The notes below the pieces were generated by a model. It did not search any database and was not told where the DNA came from. It worked only from the letters and a program-made list of their open reading frames with translations. The translations under genes and the position numbers were made by a program. A stretch of 64,000 nucleotides of DNA from Chiloscyllium plagiosum (Eukaryota): positions 57,258,323 through 57,322,322 of the forward strand of contig NC_057725.1 of the NCBI RefSeq assembly GCF_004010195.1, written 5' to 3'. This document shows, in pieces, positions 1 through 10,833 of the stretch. How positions within the stretch are numbered: position 1 is the stretch's first letter; each line of letters opens with the position of its first letter.

Positions 1-3000
1 GCTCCCTCTTATTAGGTATTGCTTTATCCTGCATGAATAAGGGAAGAATGTCAGCGATTATTGGGCACTGTGATTGTAATAACATGAGACACATCTGAAT
101 AACCAGAGGAATGTGGAGACAGCAAGAGGTAGCTTTCAGGCTGCCCATATTAGTAGATATGTGAAGGTGAGATGGAGGATCTGGATGTTAGGCCTGAGTA
201 CCAGGGCATGCTTGTGGACATGTGGTGCATTGAGCAGTGAGAGCTGATGACATGGTGAATTGTCATGAGAAGATGCATTCACTGTTCATGACCACCCAGG
301 CAGGGCTATTAGTCTTTCTTGAGCATTGTTGCCAGGTCCTCGGTGACCTGTGTGATGACATGTTCCCAATGGTTTCCGAGCACACACCCCCATGGACTAT
401 GACATCTTTCATTTCCTCCCTGTCCATTCTCCTACAGTTTACAGTATTGAAAGACTACATTGGCGCAGTGTTACATCCAGTTTCCTGTGGCACCCAGGTC
501 TTTTATTTTAAAAGCTCTTCCTTTGTGATTGACATCATTTGCCATTTATATCAGCTAAGTACCAATTAAAATGCTCGCGATGTGTGAAGGCCACTGGTTT
601 TCCTCTGCTTGAATCCAAACTGTAAATGAGCAAACTCCTCTTAAGTGGGCCACATGACAGATATTATGGGATGCACAGGAGAGAACGTTAAGAGAGTCTG
701 CGATTTAGTGGGCAGAAGAATGCCTCACCATACGACAGTGCCCAAAATACACATTATGTACACTGAAGTGGCTGAGCAATTTCAGTTTTAGGCATGTTCT
801 ACATTGTGTGCCCTGGCCCCTGTCGTTCAACTTGGATTTTATTTATTGAGAAATTCATCGGTTGTTCGGTAGCACAGGAAAGTTGAAAAGAGTTAAAAAC
901 AAAGGAAGGGAGAACAGGATAAACCCCAAAGGGAAATAAATCATCAATGGAGAAGGTTGATTTCAGAAGCATAGACATTTATTGTAAGGAAAACTTGAAG
1001 AACTAGAGAGTACCTTTCTTCTGTGGAAATGCTAGGAAAATTAGGCCTACTATTCCAATCTCCATCTCACACTCTCCTCAGCCTTTGTCCTGTCGACACC
1101 ACTGTAGGCACTACAAGTGCTAGAAGCCAGAAAATTGGTCTGCAGTTCCAATATTCCACCTTTATACCTTGAAGACTGAAATCCTACAAGGCGATATAGT
1201 TTGAAATGGTATGAGACCTGGGATAGTTTCAGGAAATTCTTTGAATTGAAGAAGGCAGGGTAAACGCTTCAATTATTTCTTTCCATTCTTGCCTCACTGT
1301 TTAGCCCTTGTATTTGAGAAATGAATTGCGGTTGTAATTTTGGGGTATTTTTGCCACTGAAAGGTCCCTTGCCACCTTTTCTGATTCTGCAGGGTGATTC
1401 CTACTGCAGTAGGGTCAAACAGTTTCTTTCATTATTCTGGTCAGTTCCCTCACATTCTTACGGGAATCCAGAAGTTTACCCAGCAAATCAGAAAACACAC
1501 TGCAGACCCAAGGATGGGCCACGATTGTCCAAAGATGGTGTTTGTGGAAGACCAGCCTGTGCCAAAAAAGCAGAGTCCAACTGAGAGTGCCATCGCTTTT
1601 GAAGCTCCCAGATGAGATGGGTTATTGCAAGAAATGAAATAAGCTTTCTTTCAAAAGTTGCTATTTCTGCTGACTCAACCCTCAGAAATATCTTCACCCC
1701 AGAGCTGATTTCCCTGTAACTTTAGAATGTTGAGCACCAGTGCCTACATTAAGTTGGATCTTCACAATATATGTCACAAATAAATCTGGTGCAAACTTGC
1801 TTGTACTAGGAACCAAACTTCTACACTTAAGTCTAACGTTCCTGTAGTTCCAGACCCATACATTAGAAGAGAATTTGACACTGGACCGTGGGACTGAATC
1901 AACAATGAGTAAACAAGATGGCGGCACACAAGTAAAACTTCTCACCCATTGCCACTTCCTTGCCCTTTCTGAGCCAACTGCTTAGAGAGCTGTTACTAGA
2001 TGGGCACCAGTGCCACTTTGTACCTGGCAGGGTGAGGTGATGAAGGGCAGTTGAACACTAGTCCATCAAAACTTTGAGTCTGTGATGTTAGCCAAAGAAG
2101 GACTAATGATGATTGTGAAGAATATTAAGCAGTAATAAAGAGCAAGAGCATCAAGTAAGACATTGAAAAATTTGAATCTATCAGTCTTTGCACATGTGTT
2201 TTCTGTTGCCAGGCAGTGGAGCTGTTTCACTGTAAAGAATATTGCTGGTATTGCAAATCATATTCATCCTAACAGCAGTGCTGATGAGGTTAGGCCAATT
2301 TTGGTGCTTGTCTCCTTATGCTATACTAATGGTGTTTACTCTCCCCACATATTCCAAAACCACTTAGGAAATCCAATATCTTTTTGAGTATGTCTGGCCA
2401 GGTCTGAGAAACTGAATGGAACATCAATGGATTCTTCCTGCATGAATTAGATTTGGAAGAGATTGTGTAAATTGACAATATGCGAAGCAGTGCAGAGAGC
2501 TACATTTTAGAAAAGGGGTGTTGAGACTTCCATTGGACTTCTGGATCATAAATCTGAGCTTCTGTTGGGTTTCTTTTCAGCGAGATTTCACAGAATTTGT
2601 TCAGAGCAACGCAGATGATTGCGAAAAGTTCAAGCACAGATTATGTCGAGTGTAAATTGAGTTTCTCCAATAATTTGCGCTCTTTTGAGAAAACAAACCA
2701 TGCAGCAATCCCTGCAGCAAAATTGGCCAGCCCCTGCTCCACACCCCACTCTGAACTCCAAGCGCTGAGCATTGGTGATTCGCAGTAATAATGGTGAATT
2801 GCCACTTAGAAGAAAGCTCTCAATATCAGTTAGTTCTTCTGAGCACAAGGGACTGAATTGCTGATAACTCTGAAGATGCAGCATGTCATAGAGTCATACA
2901 AAACCCCGCACCTACTCTTCTGATCCTGCCACCACCAATACCACCCCCCCATCCCCTACCCAACATCCCACCATCCCGCTAAAATTACACAAGGGTTAAA

Positions 3001-3080
3001 GAGGCTTTGGGTGACTGCCTGCCCTCGGACCAATTGAAACTCTGAAGTGACCGAGGTCCCATTTATATCTTTCTCCTCTC

Positions 3081-3745
3081 ATCCATGTCCTCTACCCTAG
3101 GAAAAAGACCTTGGCTATTCACCCTATCCATGCCCCTTATGATTTTATAAACCTCTGTAAGGTCATTCCTCAGCTTCCGATGCTCCAAGGAAAATCACCC
3201 TAGCCTATTCAGCATCTCCCTACAGCTCCAGCCTTCCAATGCCCACAGCCTCCTTGTAAATATTTTCTGAACTCTTTCAAGTTTCACACCATCCTTCCTA
3301 TAGCAGGAGACCAGAATTGAATGCAGTATTCCAAAAGTGGCCTCACCAGGGTCCTCTACAGCCGTAACATGACCTAACAACTCAAATATTCAAGACACTG
3401 ATGAATGAAGGCAAATGGCCAAATGCCCTCTTCACCACCCTGTCTGCCTTCACCTCCACTTTCAAGGAATTATGCTCTGCACCCCTAGGTCCCTCTGTTT
3501 AGCAACACTCCCCTGGGCCCTACCATTAACTGTATAAGTCCTGCCAGATCCTTACCAAAATGCAATACCTTACATTTATCAAAATTAAACTCCATCTGTC
3601 ACCCCTCGGCCCATTGGCTCATCTGATCAAGAGATAAACCATACTCACTGTCCACTACACCTCCAGTTTTGGTGTCATCTGCAAACTTACTAACCAACCC
3701 TCCTATATTCACAACCAAATCATTTGTATAAATAATGAAAAAGGC
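3081..3745 (-). mobile_element. CR1-clade (HER1-like) LINE fragment, RT C-terminal region
   Basis: Minus-strand translations contain SKFADDTK and LERVQKIFTR…LNRLG; frameshifted. Confidence 0.88.
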
Positions 3746-3795
3746 AAGTTGGACGAAAGGGTCTGTTTCTGTGCTATATATAACTCTATGACTCT
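3746..3795 (+). mobile_element. HER1-like LINE 3' tip
   Basis: aagttggacgaaagggtctgtttctgtgct…ctctatgactct matches the 3' ends at ~15750-15810 and 51525-51580. Confidence 0.75.
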
Positions 3796-3797
3796 GT

Positions 3798-4830
3798 GTC
3801 CCTGGTTTTAGACTCCACAACCACAGGTAACATCCTCCCTGAGTCGAGTCTGTCCAGCCTTGGTAGAAGCTTATATGTTTCAATCAGGCACCTTCCTACC
3901 CTTTTAAACTCTAGTGAGAAAAAGCCCAGCCAAACCAATCTCTGTTCATATGACCGTCCTCCCATCCATGGTGTCAACCTAGTGAACCTCCGCTGTTCTC
4001 CCTCTGTGGCATGCATGTTCTTTTTGAGGTTGCACACAAAACCCCAGGTGAAGTCTTGCCAAAGCCCAGTAAACTACCATAAGATTCCCCTATTTCTGAA
4101 CTGGGATAGGCTCTCATTGAAGGCCAATATGCCACTTGCCTTGCTAATTGTTTGCTGCGCCGGCCTGTCTACTTGCTTTGACTGGTTTTTATAAAGATAC
4201 CCAGAGCCCTCTGTACATACGTACTTACCAAAATATCACTATTTAAATAATACTCATTCTTTTTGGTTTTCACACCATATAACTTCACCTTTTGCCACAG
4301 TGTACTGCATTTGCCATGTGCTTGCCCAATCACTCAACTTGTCTAAATCACCTTGCAGCCTCCTTACACCCTCATCACAGCTCACATCGAGTTTTTGTCA
4401 ACAGAAAACTAGGAAATGTTGCATTTGGTTCCCTCATCCAAGTCATTTATATTTATTATAAATAACTGTGGCCCAAGCACTACCAAGCACTAATCCTTGT
4501 GGTAACCATACTCGTCACTACCTATTGGTCAGGAAACAATCCATTTATTCCTACTGTCTGTTTCCAGTCTATAAACCAATTTTCAATCCATGCCGTTACA
4601 TTATCCCCTATCCCATGTGCTTTAACATTACCCACTAACCTCGTATTGAGGGACCTTAGCAAAACCTTTCTGAAAATCCAAATACATCAAACCCACTGGT
4701 TCTCCCTTATCTATTCTACTAGTTACATCCTCAAAAAACTCCAGTAGGTTTATTCACCCAGGGTTTCCCTTTCATAAATCCAAGATGGCTTGGGCCAATC
4801 ACATTAATGCTTTCTAAATGTTCTGTTCTC
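3798..4830 (-). mobile_element. Older CR1 LINE fragment (second family)
   Basis: Minus translation EGEQRRFTRLTPWM…SYEQRL…GFFSLE…LIETYK, typical of the CR1 ORF2 C-terminus; further decayed RT sequence to ~4830. Confidence 0.8.
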
Positions 4831-5310
4831 ACATCTCTTGTATATTTTTCTGCCTGTGAGCTTCTTACCTTTCTGAATTTTATTTCTATCTTTGTTTCTC
4901 CTTCCTCCATCTCCCTTGCTCAGGTTCCTATCCCCCTACCATTCCAGTTTAAGGCCTTCTGACAGCATAACCCCTCACCCCTTCCCAGGGATTGCCCGCT
5001 TGGTGTCTGAGTCTGGACAACTTTTTGTTGGGTCGCATAAAGTCCTGTCTGATTGGCTGGCAGCTCCCTGAAGTGGGACTTCCACCATAGGTAGAAAGGA
5101 GTACTTGCAGTCATGTCATGGTGCTTAGTGTCAAGTACCTGTGGAGGCAAGTTAGCCCCTCTGACTTTTCATCTGGAAGGGTGGGTATGCATGTGAGGTG
5201 ACTGCAGAGCTCCTGTTAAATCTAGGCCCACACACTTAAAAGCTTTTGGCTATCATAGTTTGATAATTTATTAAGCAATAGAAGAATACGGATCATTGAA
5301 ATGAAGACAG

Positions 5311-5393
5311 TTTTAGTATAGAAGGGCAAAATTTATCAGCATTGGCTTGGAAGGCCGAAGGGCCTGTTCCTGTGCTGTATTGTTCTTTGTTCT
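5311..5393 (+). mobile_element. CR1 LINE 3' tip
   Basis: ggccgaagggcctgttcctgtgctgtattgttctttgttct: CR1 3' hairpin plus octamer-like tail. Confidence 0.7.
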
Positions 5394-6053
5394 GACTGAA
5401 CACTACCCCAAAATAATTAGCAAATGGTTCTGCATGGTTTCCTAAAAGCCATTTGCATTTATTTCAATTCATTTAACTCATGAGAGGTCGAATAGAGTTT
5501 GAAATACTTTGCTTTGTGGTAAATGCATTTTAGTTCCATTAATCAAATTGTGCACAAGTTGCCACTCTGGAGTATGTCAATAATACTGAGGCATTTTTAA
5601 AAATGTATGTCTTCAAACACTGCCGATTGCACTGGATAGTGGCAGATCATCTGTCCTGTGAAGTCACAGGATGTTTCTTTTTGTGGTCTATGGTCTGGAT
5701 CCTGGGATCACAGCCTAAACAGAAAGGGGTCTTCCATTTAAAGAGTGATAAGAGGAAAGTGTTCTTTCAGAAGGGTGATCTTGGAAATTCTCCTCCCTAA
5801 AGGTCCATTCAATATATTCAAGGTTTAGTTGGAAAAATGTATTTGGTATATGAGGAAGAATGGAGCAGCAAAATGGAGTTAAGGCTATAATTACATTAGC
5901 GTTAGCTTGATGGGTGAATGCCTTGTCCTGCTTCAATTTCTTATATTTTTAAGTGGCTTGCAAATTGTTTAAAAGGGAAAAAAAAAAGTCTGAGAGGCAA
6001 AAACACCTTATAACTAGCATAAATTTGGAGTTGCATCCGAATCATTACCAAAT

Positions 6054-6359
6054 GGGGCGGTATGGTGGCTCAGTGACTAGCATTGCTGCCTCACAGCACC
6101 AGGGACCCAGGTTCGATTCCAGCCTTGGGCGACTGCCTGTTTGGAGTTTGCATATTCTCCCTGTGTCTGCGTGGGTGTGCTCTGGTTTTCTCCCACAGTC
6201 CAAAGATGTGCAGGTCAGGTGAATTGGCCATGCTAAATTGCCCCACAGAATTAGGTGCAATAGTCAGAGGGAAATGGGTCTGGGTGGGTTTCTCTTCGGA
6301 GGGTCGGTGTGGACGCGTTGGGCCGAAGGGCCTGTTTCCACACCATAGGTAATCTAATC
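6054..6359 (+). mobile_element. HE1-type tRNA-derived V-SINE
   Basis: A box tggctcagtga, B box ggttcgattcc, V-domain core (ggagtttgca…tcccacagtccaaagatgtgcagg), CR1-like 3' end and taatct tail; possible TSD ccaaatgg. Confidence 0.92.
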
Positions 6360-6500
6360 CAAATGGAAAATCCTATCCGAATGTATCTGTTTCTTATTAA
6401 TATTGTATCTCTTAACTTAAAATCATGTAAAATAATACGTATGCAACTCTTATTTGTTTGCTGAATTAATTGTTAATTCTATTTTTATCTTATTTCCTAG

Positions 6501-6547
6501 ACTAGACCAGTCCTTAGGAAAACCAACCATGTTCCTCTCTGTCTCAG
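6501..6547 (+). CDS. KCNQ1: KCNQ1 coding exon, orthologous to human exon 14 (47 nt)
   Basis: Acceptor tttttatcttatttcctag|, donor |gtaact. Reads (ag)A CTA GAC CAG TCC TTA GGA AAA CCA ACC ATG TTC CTC TCT GTC TCA G = LDQSLGKPTMFLSVS, versus human LDQSIGKPSLFISVS. Same length and phase as the human exon. Confidence 0.96.
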
Positions 6548-6829
6548 GTAACTTTACTAACCAGTTAATATAATCTGACAAATGGGTTCAAACTGATCTC
6601 CAGTGTGGAAAGGTTTTATGCCTCACCCTCATTCAATGTCTCAGGGTTACGTAAGTGACCAGATAAGGCATACAGGGCAGAGAGCTCTCACATTGCATTA
6701 CAGTCTGCTGGTTTAGCTGATCACAGCCGAGACACAACATACTGACTGCAATAATTTACATTTACAGAAGGTTGTTAACATCCTTCTTGTCTGCTCTGCC
6801 CGAAGGCAGGTCCTTGACTTTTTGTCTAC

Positions 6830-7022
6830 TGATGATTCATCTGGGGTTAGTTTTCTTGGCAACTTCTGTGTTCGTGGTAGTTTGCCAATCGCCTTCTACT
6901 CACAGGGGCAGGGCAAGGAGGCAGGCTCCAGGCCTACCTCAACTGGAATGAAAATCAAACCCATGCTCTTGGCGCTAATATGAACCACATGTTAATCATC
7001 GAGCCAACTGAGCTAACGACTC
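6830..7022 (-). mobile_element. Degenerate tRNA-derived SINE (not HE1)
   Basis: Reverse complement begins gttagctcagttgg (A box) … gggtttgattt (B-box-like); 3' part has ggcaaactac…tgccaagaaaac. Confidence 0.55.
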
Positions 7023-7135
7023 CCCAACCCCCTTCACATAACACAATGTCCTAGAGTGCCTCACAGTGATGAAAGAAAATAACAATGCACCAAACAATGG
7101 TGGAAGTAGTATTAGAAGCAGAAGGTGAAAGTCCT

Positions 7136-7500
7136 AGTCATAAAGTCATAGAGATTTACAGCACAGAAACAGACTCTTCGGTCCAACTTGTCCATGTTGA
7201 CCAGATATCCCAACCTAATCTAGTCCCATTTGCCAGCACTTGGTCAATTTCCCTCTAAACCCTTCCTATTCATATACCTATCCAGATGCCTTTTAAATGC
7301 TGTAATTGTACCAGCCTCCACCACTTCCTCTGGCAGCTCATTCCATACACGCACAACACTCTGCATGAAAAAGTTGCCCCTTAGGTCCCTTTCAAATCTT
7401 TCCCTTCTCACCCTTAACTTTTGGCCTCTAGTTCTGGACTCCCCCTCCCTGGGGAAAATACCTTGTCTATTTAAATATCCATGCCCCTCATGATTTTAAA
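7136..7500 (-). mobile_element. HER1-like LINE 3' fragment
   Basis: Tail gtcataaagtcatagag; near-identical in reverse to 15430-15810 and 51220-51580. Confidence 0.9.
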
Positions 7501-7547
7501 TAGAAGGTAGGTTTTAAGGAGGCTTTTGAGAAATGGAAGTGGGATAG

Positions 7548-7783
7548 TGTAGTGATTGGATTGAAGTTGGCTAGGTGGATCTTGTTGAGTATGAGATCCC
7601 TGATTGGGATTATTGATTTGGACCAATGAGGGAGCCCAGGCTGACAGATTAAAAGCTGGAGTCTCCGAGTGTCTCCTCGCTTTCGGGACTGGCTATGAGC
7701 TGGCTGGTCAGAGTCCACGCATAGTGCACATGTAAATAAAAGGTGACTTGGTGATAGGATACCAGCCTCTGTGCAATTATTTA
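7548..7783 (+). mobile_element. Solo LTR (236 bp)
   Basis: Starts TG; CCAAT/ATTGG boxes, attaaaa, aataaa near 7735; flanked by perfect 5-bp TSD GATAG (7543-7547, 7784-7788). Ends TA instead of CA. Confidence 0.72.
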
Positions 7784-7948
7784 GATAGCTAGGAATGGAG
7801 GGGCTTGAAGAGGCACTACCACAGAGTAGGGTCAAGGCAGCTGAAGATGCAGGGAGTGAACAGCCCATGGTGGGAAGGAAGCATGACGTAGTGCAGAATG
7901 GAGGACAGACAACAAAGTTTTAGTTGGGTTGCAATAACCGAAGACACT

Positions 7949-8286
7949 ATAGAATCCCTACAGTGTGGAAACAGGCCCTTCAGCCCAACAAGTCCACACT
8001 GACCCTCTGAAGAGTATCCCACCCAGACTCATTCTCCTATATTTACCCCTGACTAATGCACCTAACCTACACATCCCTGAACACAGTGAGCAATTTAGCA
8101 TGGCCAATTCACCTAACCTGCACATCTTTGGATTGTGGGAGGAAAGCAGAGCAACCAGAGGAAACCCACACCGACAAGGGGAAAATGTGCAAACTCCACA
8201 CAGATGGTCACCTGAGGCTGGAATCGAACCCAGGTCCCTGGCGCTAAGAGGCGGCAGTGCTAACCCCTGAGCCACCATGCCGCCCC
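7949..8286 (-). mobile_element. HE1-type V-SINE, full length
   Basis: Reverse complement of the HE1 pattern: ggaatcgaacc (B box), ctgagccacc (A box), V-domain, gaatccctacagtgtgg tail. Confidence 0.92.
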
Positions 8287-9635
8287 AGATAGGGTGGTTT
8301 CTCAATCATTGAGGAAGAATTGTGCTGCTGTCTCTTGAGACTGCTAGATGTAAAGAAAGTACTAAATGCCTCCCGTGGTCCAGAATGGGCTGGAAACTGA
8401 GGTGGGGATTATTTTCTTCCTTTGCTGTAGAGTGCTTTTAGTGGGGTCTCCAGTAGAGAGAAGAGAAAGCAATTGGCAGGGGCTTTTTGTTTAAGCTTGA
8501 AATCTTGGGTCCGGCGAGAATTCAGAACAGGACGGGGTGAGCTAGCAGGTGTGGAGTGTAGGTGATGATCCAGGGAACACTGTTGGGACATGCTTGGAGA
8601 CTGGAAGTTGCTATGACCAGGCTTGGCTGTCGTCCTATACAAGACCAAATTGTATCAGCATTCAGTTCTGTATGATAATTGTTGTTTGGGTGGTGTATCA
8701 GAAGTGGAATCAGATGTCAGCCAATAGACCACGCTGTCAGGAAGGGAAGAGAGGTGAAAATAGCTGTGATTGAAAGGAGAGGAATGGAAAGGAGCCTCCA
8801 GTCCACAGTTTAAATTTGGGGTAGAATCTAGTAGAGGTTGACTAAGCAAAAAATATGACTTTGGGCTGTACAGTGCCTGCCCAAGATCCTTGAACTTGTT
8901 GTACTGATGGAGACAGAACGCAGGACCTACTGGCACTGACCTAACAGTTTCATTTAGACAAGCTACAGAAAAGCTGCATTGAAAATGGTCCACGATTACA
9001 GTTCAAAGTGTGTGTTATGAGGATGCAGAAATGTAGAAAAACTGTTTTAGCGTCAGGTCTGTGCTGCACTTGGCCCTTCAGTCCAATTTTGACATTGCAT
9101 GCAAAATATGGAGAATACATTATCCCCCAGCACTGACTCCTTTCTCCACTGAATATGACAGAAAAAAATTCTCAGATAGGATATTCACTCAAGCCACTTA
9201 AGTATGTTTTTATTCCTGATATGCCTTGTTTTGCTCAAAATTAGACAGTATTTGGTTGACCTTATCTGACCTTATCAAGAACAAAATGCAGATTTAATTC
9301 ATTTCTCGAGGGTAAATAGACAGTTTTACATCTTACCCAGTTCTTTCTTTATTAAAAGGTTAAAAACATGCATCAATTATAAAACCAAAGATGTAGCAAC
9401 CCATTGCAGCCTGAAAGCTAATCTCATTTGCAATAAGGGCCATTTGGTCTGGAAGAAAGATCATTTCAAATGTGAATTTGGTACTTTAATGAGCTTTGCG
9501 GTGCTTTTGATACCGCTTATTTTTGTCAGTCCTAAAAATATTTAAACAAGTGTATCATAGCCATTTTCTGTAAAATCATTTTAAATATACAGCCACAAAT
9601 AATGAGTTAATCCTCCTTCTCATGGTGTATTTCAG

Positions 9636-9697
9636 AAAAAAGCCAGGACAGGGGAAAGAACACAATCGGGGCAAGACTTAATAGAGTAGAGGAGAAG
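9636..9697 (+). CDS. KCNQ1: KCNQ1 coding exon, orthologous to human exon 15 (62 nt), start of helix D/assembly region
   Basis: Acceptor tatttcag|, donor AAG|gtaaga. Splices in frame to 6547 giving [21 protein letters not shown], versus human [21 protein letters not shown]. Ends in phase 0. Confidence 0.97.
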
Positions 9698-10611
9698 GTA
9701 AGACTGCTTTACAGTTCACACTGCACGAGGTTGTAAACACAGATCTGGCTGCTTGAGTTTGTGAAATCTTGATGCCGAACAGGAATTGCAGTTTTACGGG
9801 CATTCTGATGAATTTGACAAGGGTGCGCACATCCAGTTTGCTTCAATGTTTATACGGGGTATGGGAGTTTACAAAAGGACTATTGTGACAGTGCAGCATC
9901 CACATTCAACTCTCCTGTGGGCCTAATTGCAGCCTGGTGAAATAGGAAAGGAGAGAAACAAAGCAAGCCATTGCTGTATCCCTTGCCCTTCCAAGCGAGT
10001 GAATCATTATTGCATGCCCCACTCTCTCAGCCACAGTTGCTTGCATCACCCGAACGAGGAACTTGATCGTCTCACATTGATTCCAAAAAGATGCCTTGAA
10101 AGTCCTTCCGTGTATAGGCTTCAGCAATCTGAAACAATGAAATTTGAAATGTGTGGTGATTGTTATAATGGCTGTGCCGGTGTAATGAGTTTACCAGGGG
10201 AACGTGAATTGTTTGCACCACATTATGGCATGTTGGACGTGAGTATGGGCAGTGTTTGCTGGGACTCCAGGCTGTCTTCTCCTGCTCCTGTAGACTTTGG
10301 CAGCTTTGTGCAATATGGCTCTTTTATATGTCAATCATCTAATGTTCGCTGACTCACAACCGAGCAATGCTTACAAGAGGGCAGGAAGTATAGAATAATG
10401 AGTGACGGATATGTCAAATTTATTGCAAGGTTATAATCCTAGCTTGGGATGCAGCTGATCAGGAAGTGTAGCACCTGTCCACATACTGAGCCAGAAATAC
10501 GAGACAAGGATTTGATTTAGCTGTTGACCTATGTTTGCACGTTTCGCTTCAGCAACCAAGATAGAGGATAACAAAAATAAATAGATTTGTGCTCTGGACT
10601 ATTAGTCCTAT

Positions 10612-10833
10612 ATTCGAGAGTGTGGTGCTGGAAAAGCACAGCAGGTCAGGCAACATCCGAGGAACAGGAGAATCGACGTTTTGGGTATAAGCCCTTCATA
10701 AGCTCTTTTCTGGTGCAGTGTTTACACCGGAAATGTCGACTCCCCTGCTCCTCGGATGCTGCCTGACTGGCTGTGTGTTTCCAGAACCACACTCTCAACT
10801 CTGATCTCCAGCATCTGCAGTCCTCACTTTCTC
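10612..10833 (+). mobile_element. Short Penelope-type fold-back element, family A
   Basis: Inverted arms (~10614-10695 vs ~10725-10797), unpaired tail …cagtcctcactttctcc, TSD ctattag(t/c)cctat at 10599-10611 and 10834-10846; decayed hammerhead cores. Confidence 0.82.

Larger units (their letters stand above)
7035..8950 (-). mobile_element. Highly decayed L2-like LINE hosting three younger insertions
   Basis: Pieces such as gtgcctcacag…, aaggtaggttttaaggagg…, agggtcaaggcagctgaag resemble the L2 3' region in antisense and join up across the inserts. Confidence 0.45.

Noticed and set aside
2575-2660. Acceptor-like tttcttttcag followed by RDFTEFVQSNADDCEKFKHRLCRV
   Set aside because: Ends in a stop, has no good donor, and shows no similarity to KCNQ proteins.
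6054-6130. tRNA genes at A/B-box motifs (here and at other SINE heads)
   Set aside because: Each continues into SINE body and tail sequence; no intact cloverleaf or terminator.
1-6500. KCNQ1 exon 13 (…[30 protein letters not shown])
   Set aside because: Looked for by eye and not found; presumably upstream of the window.
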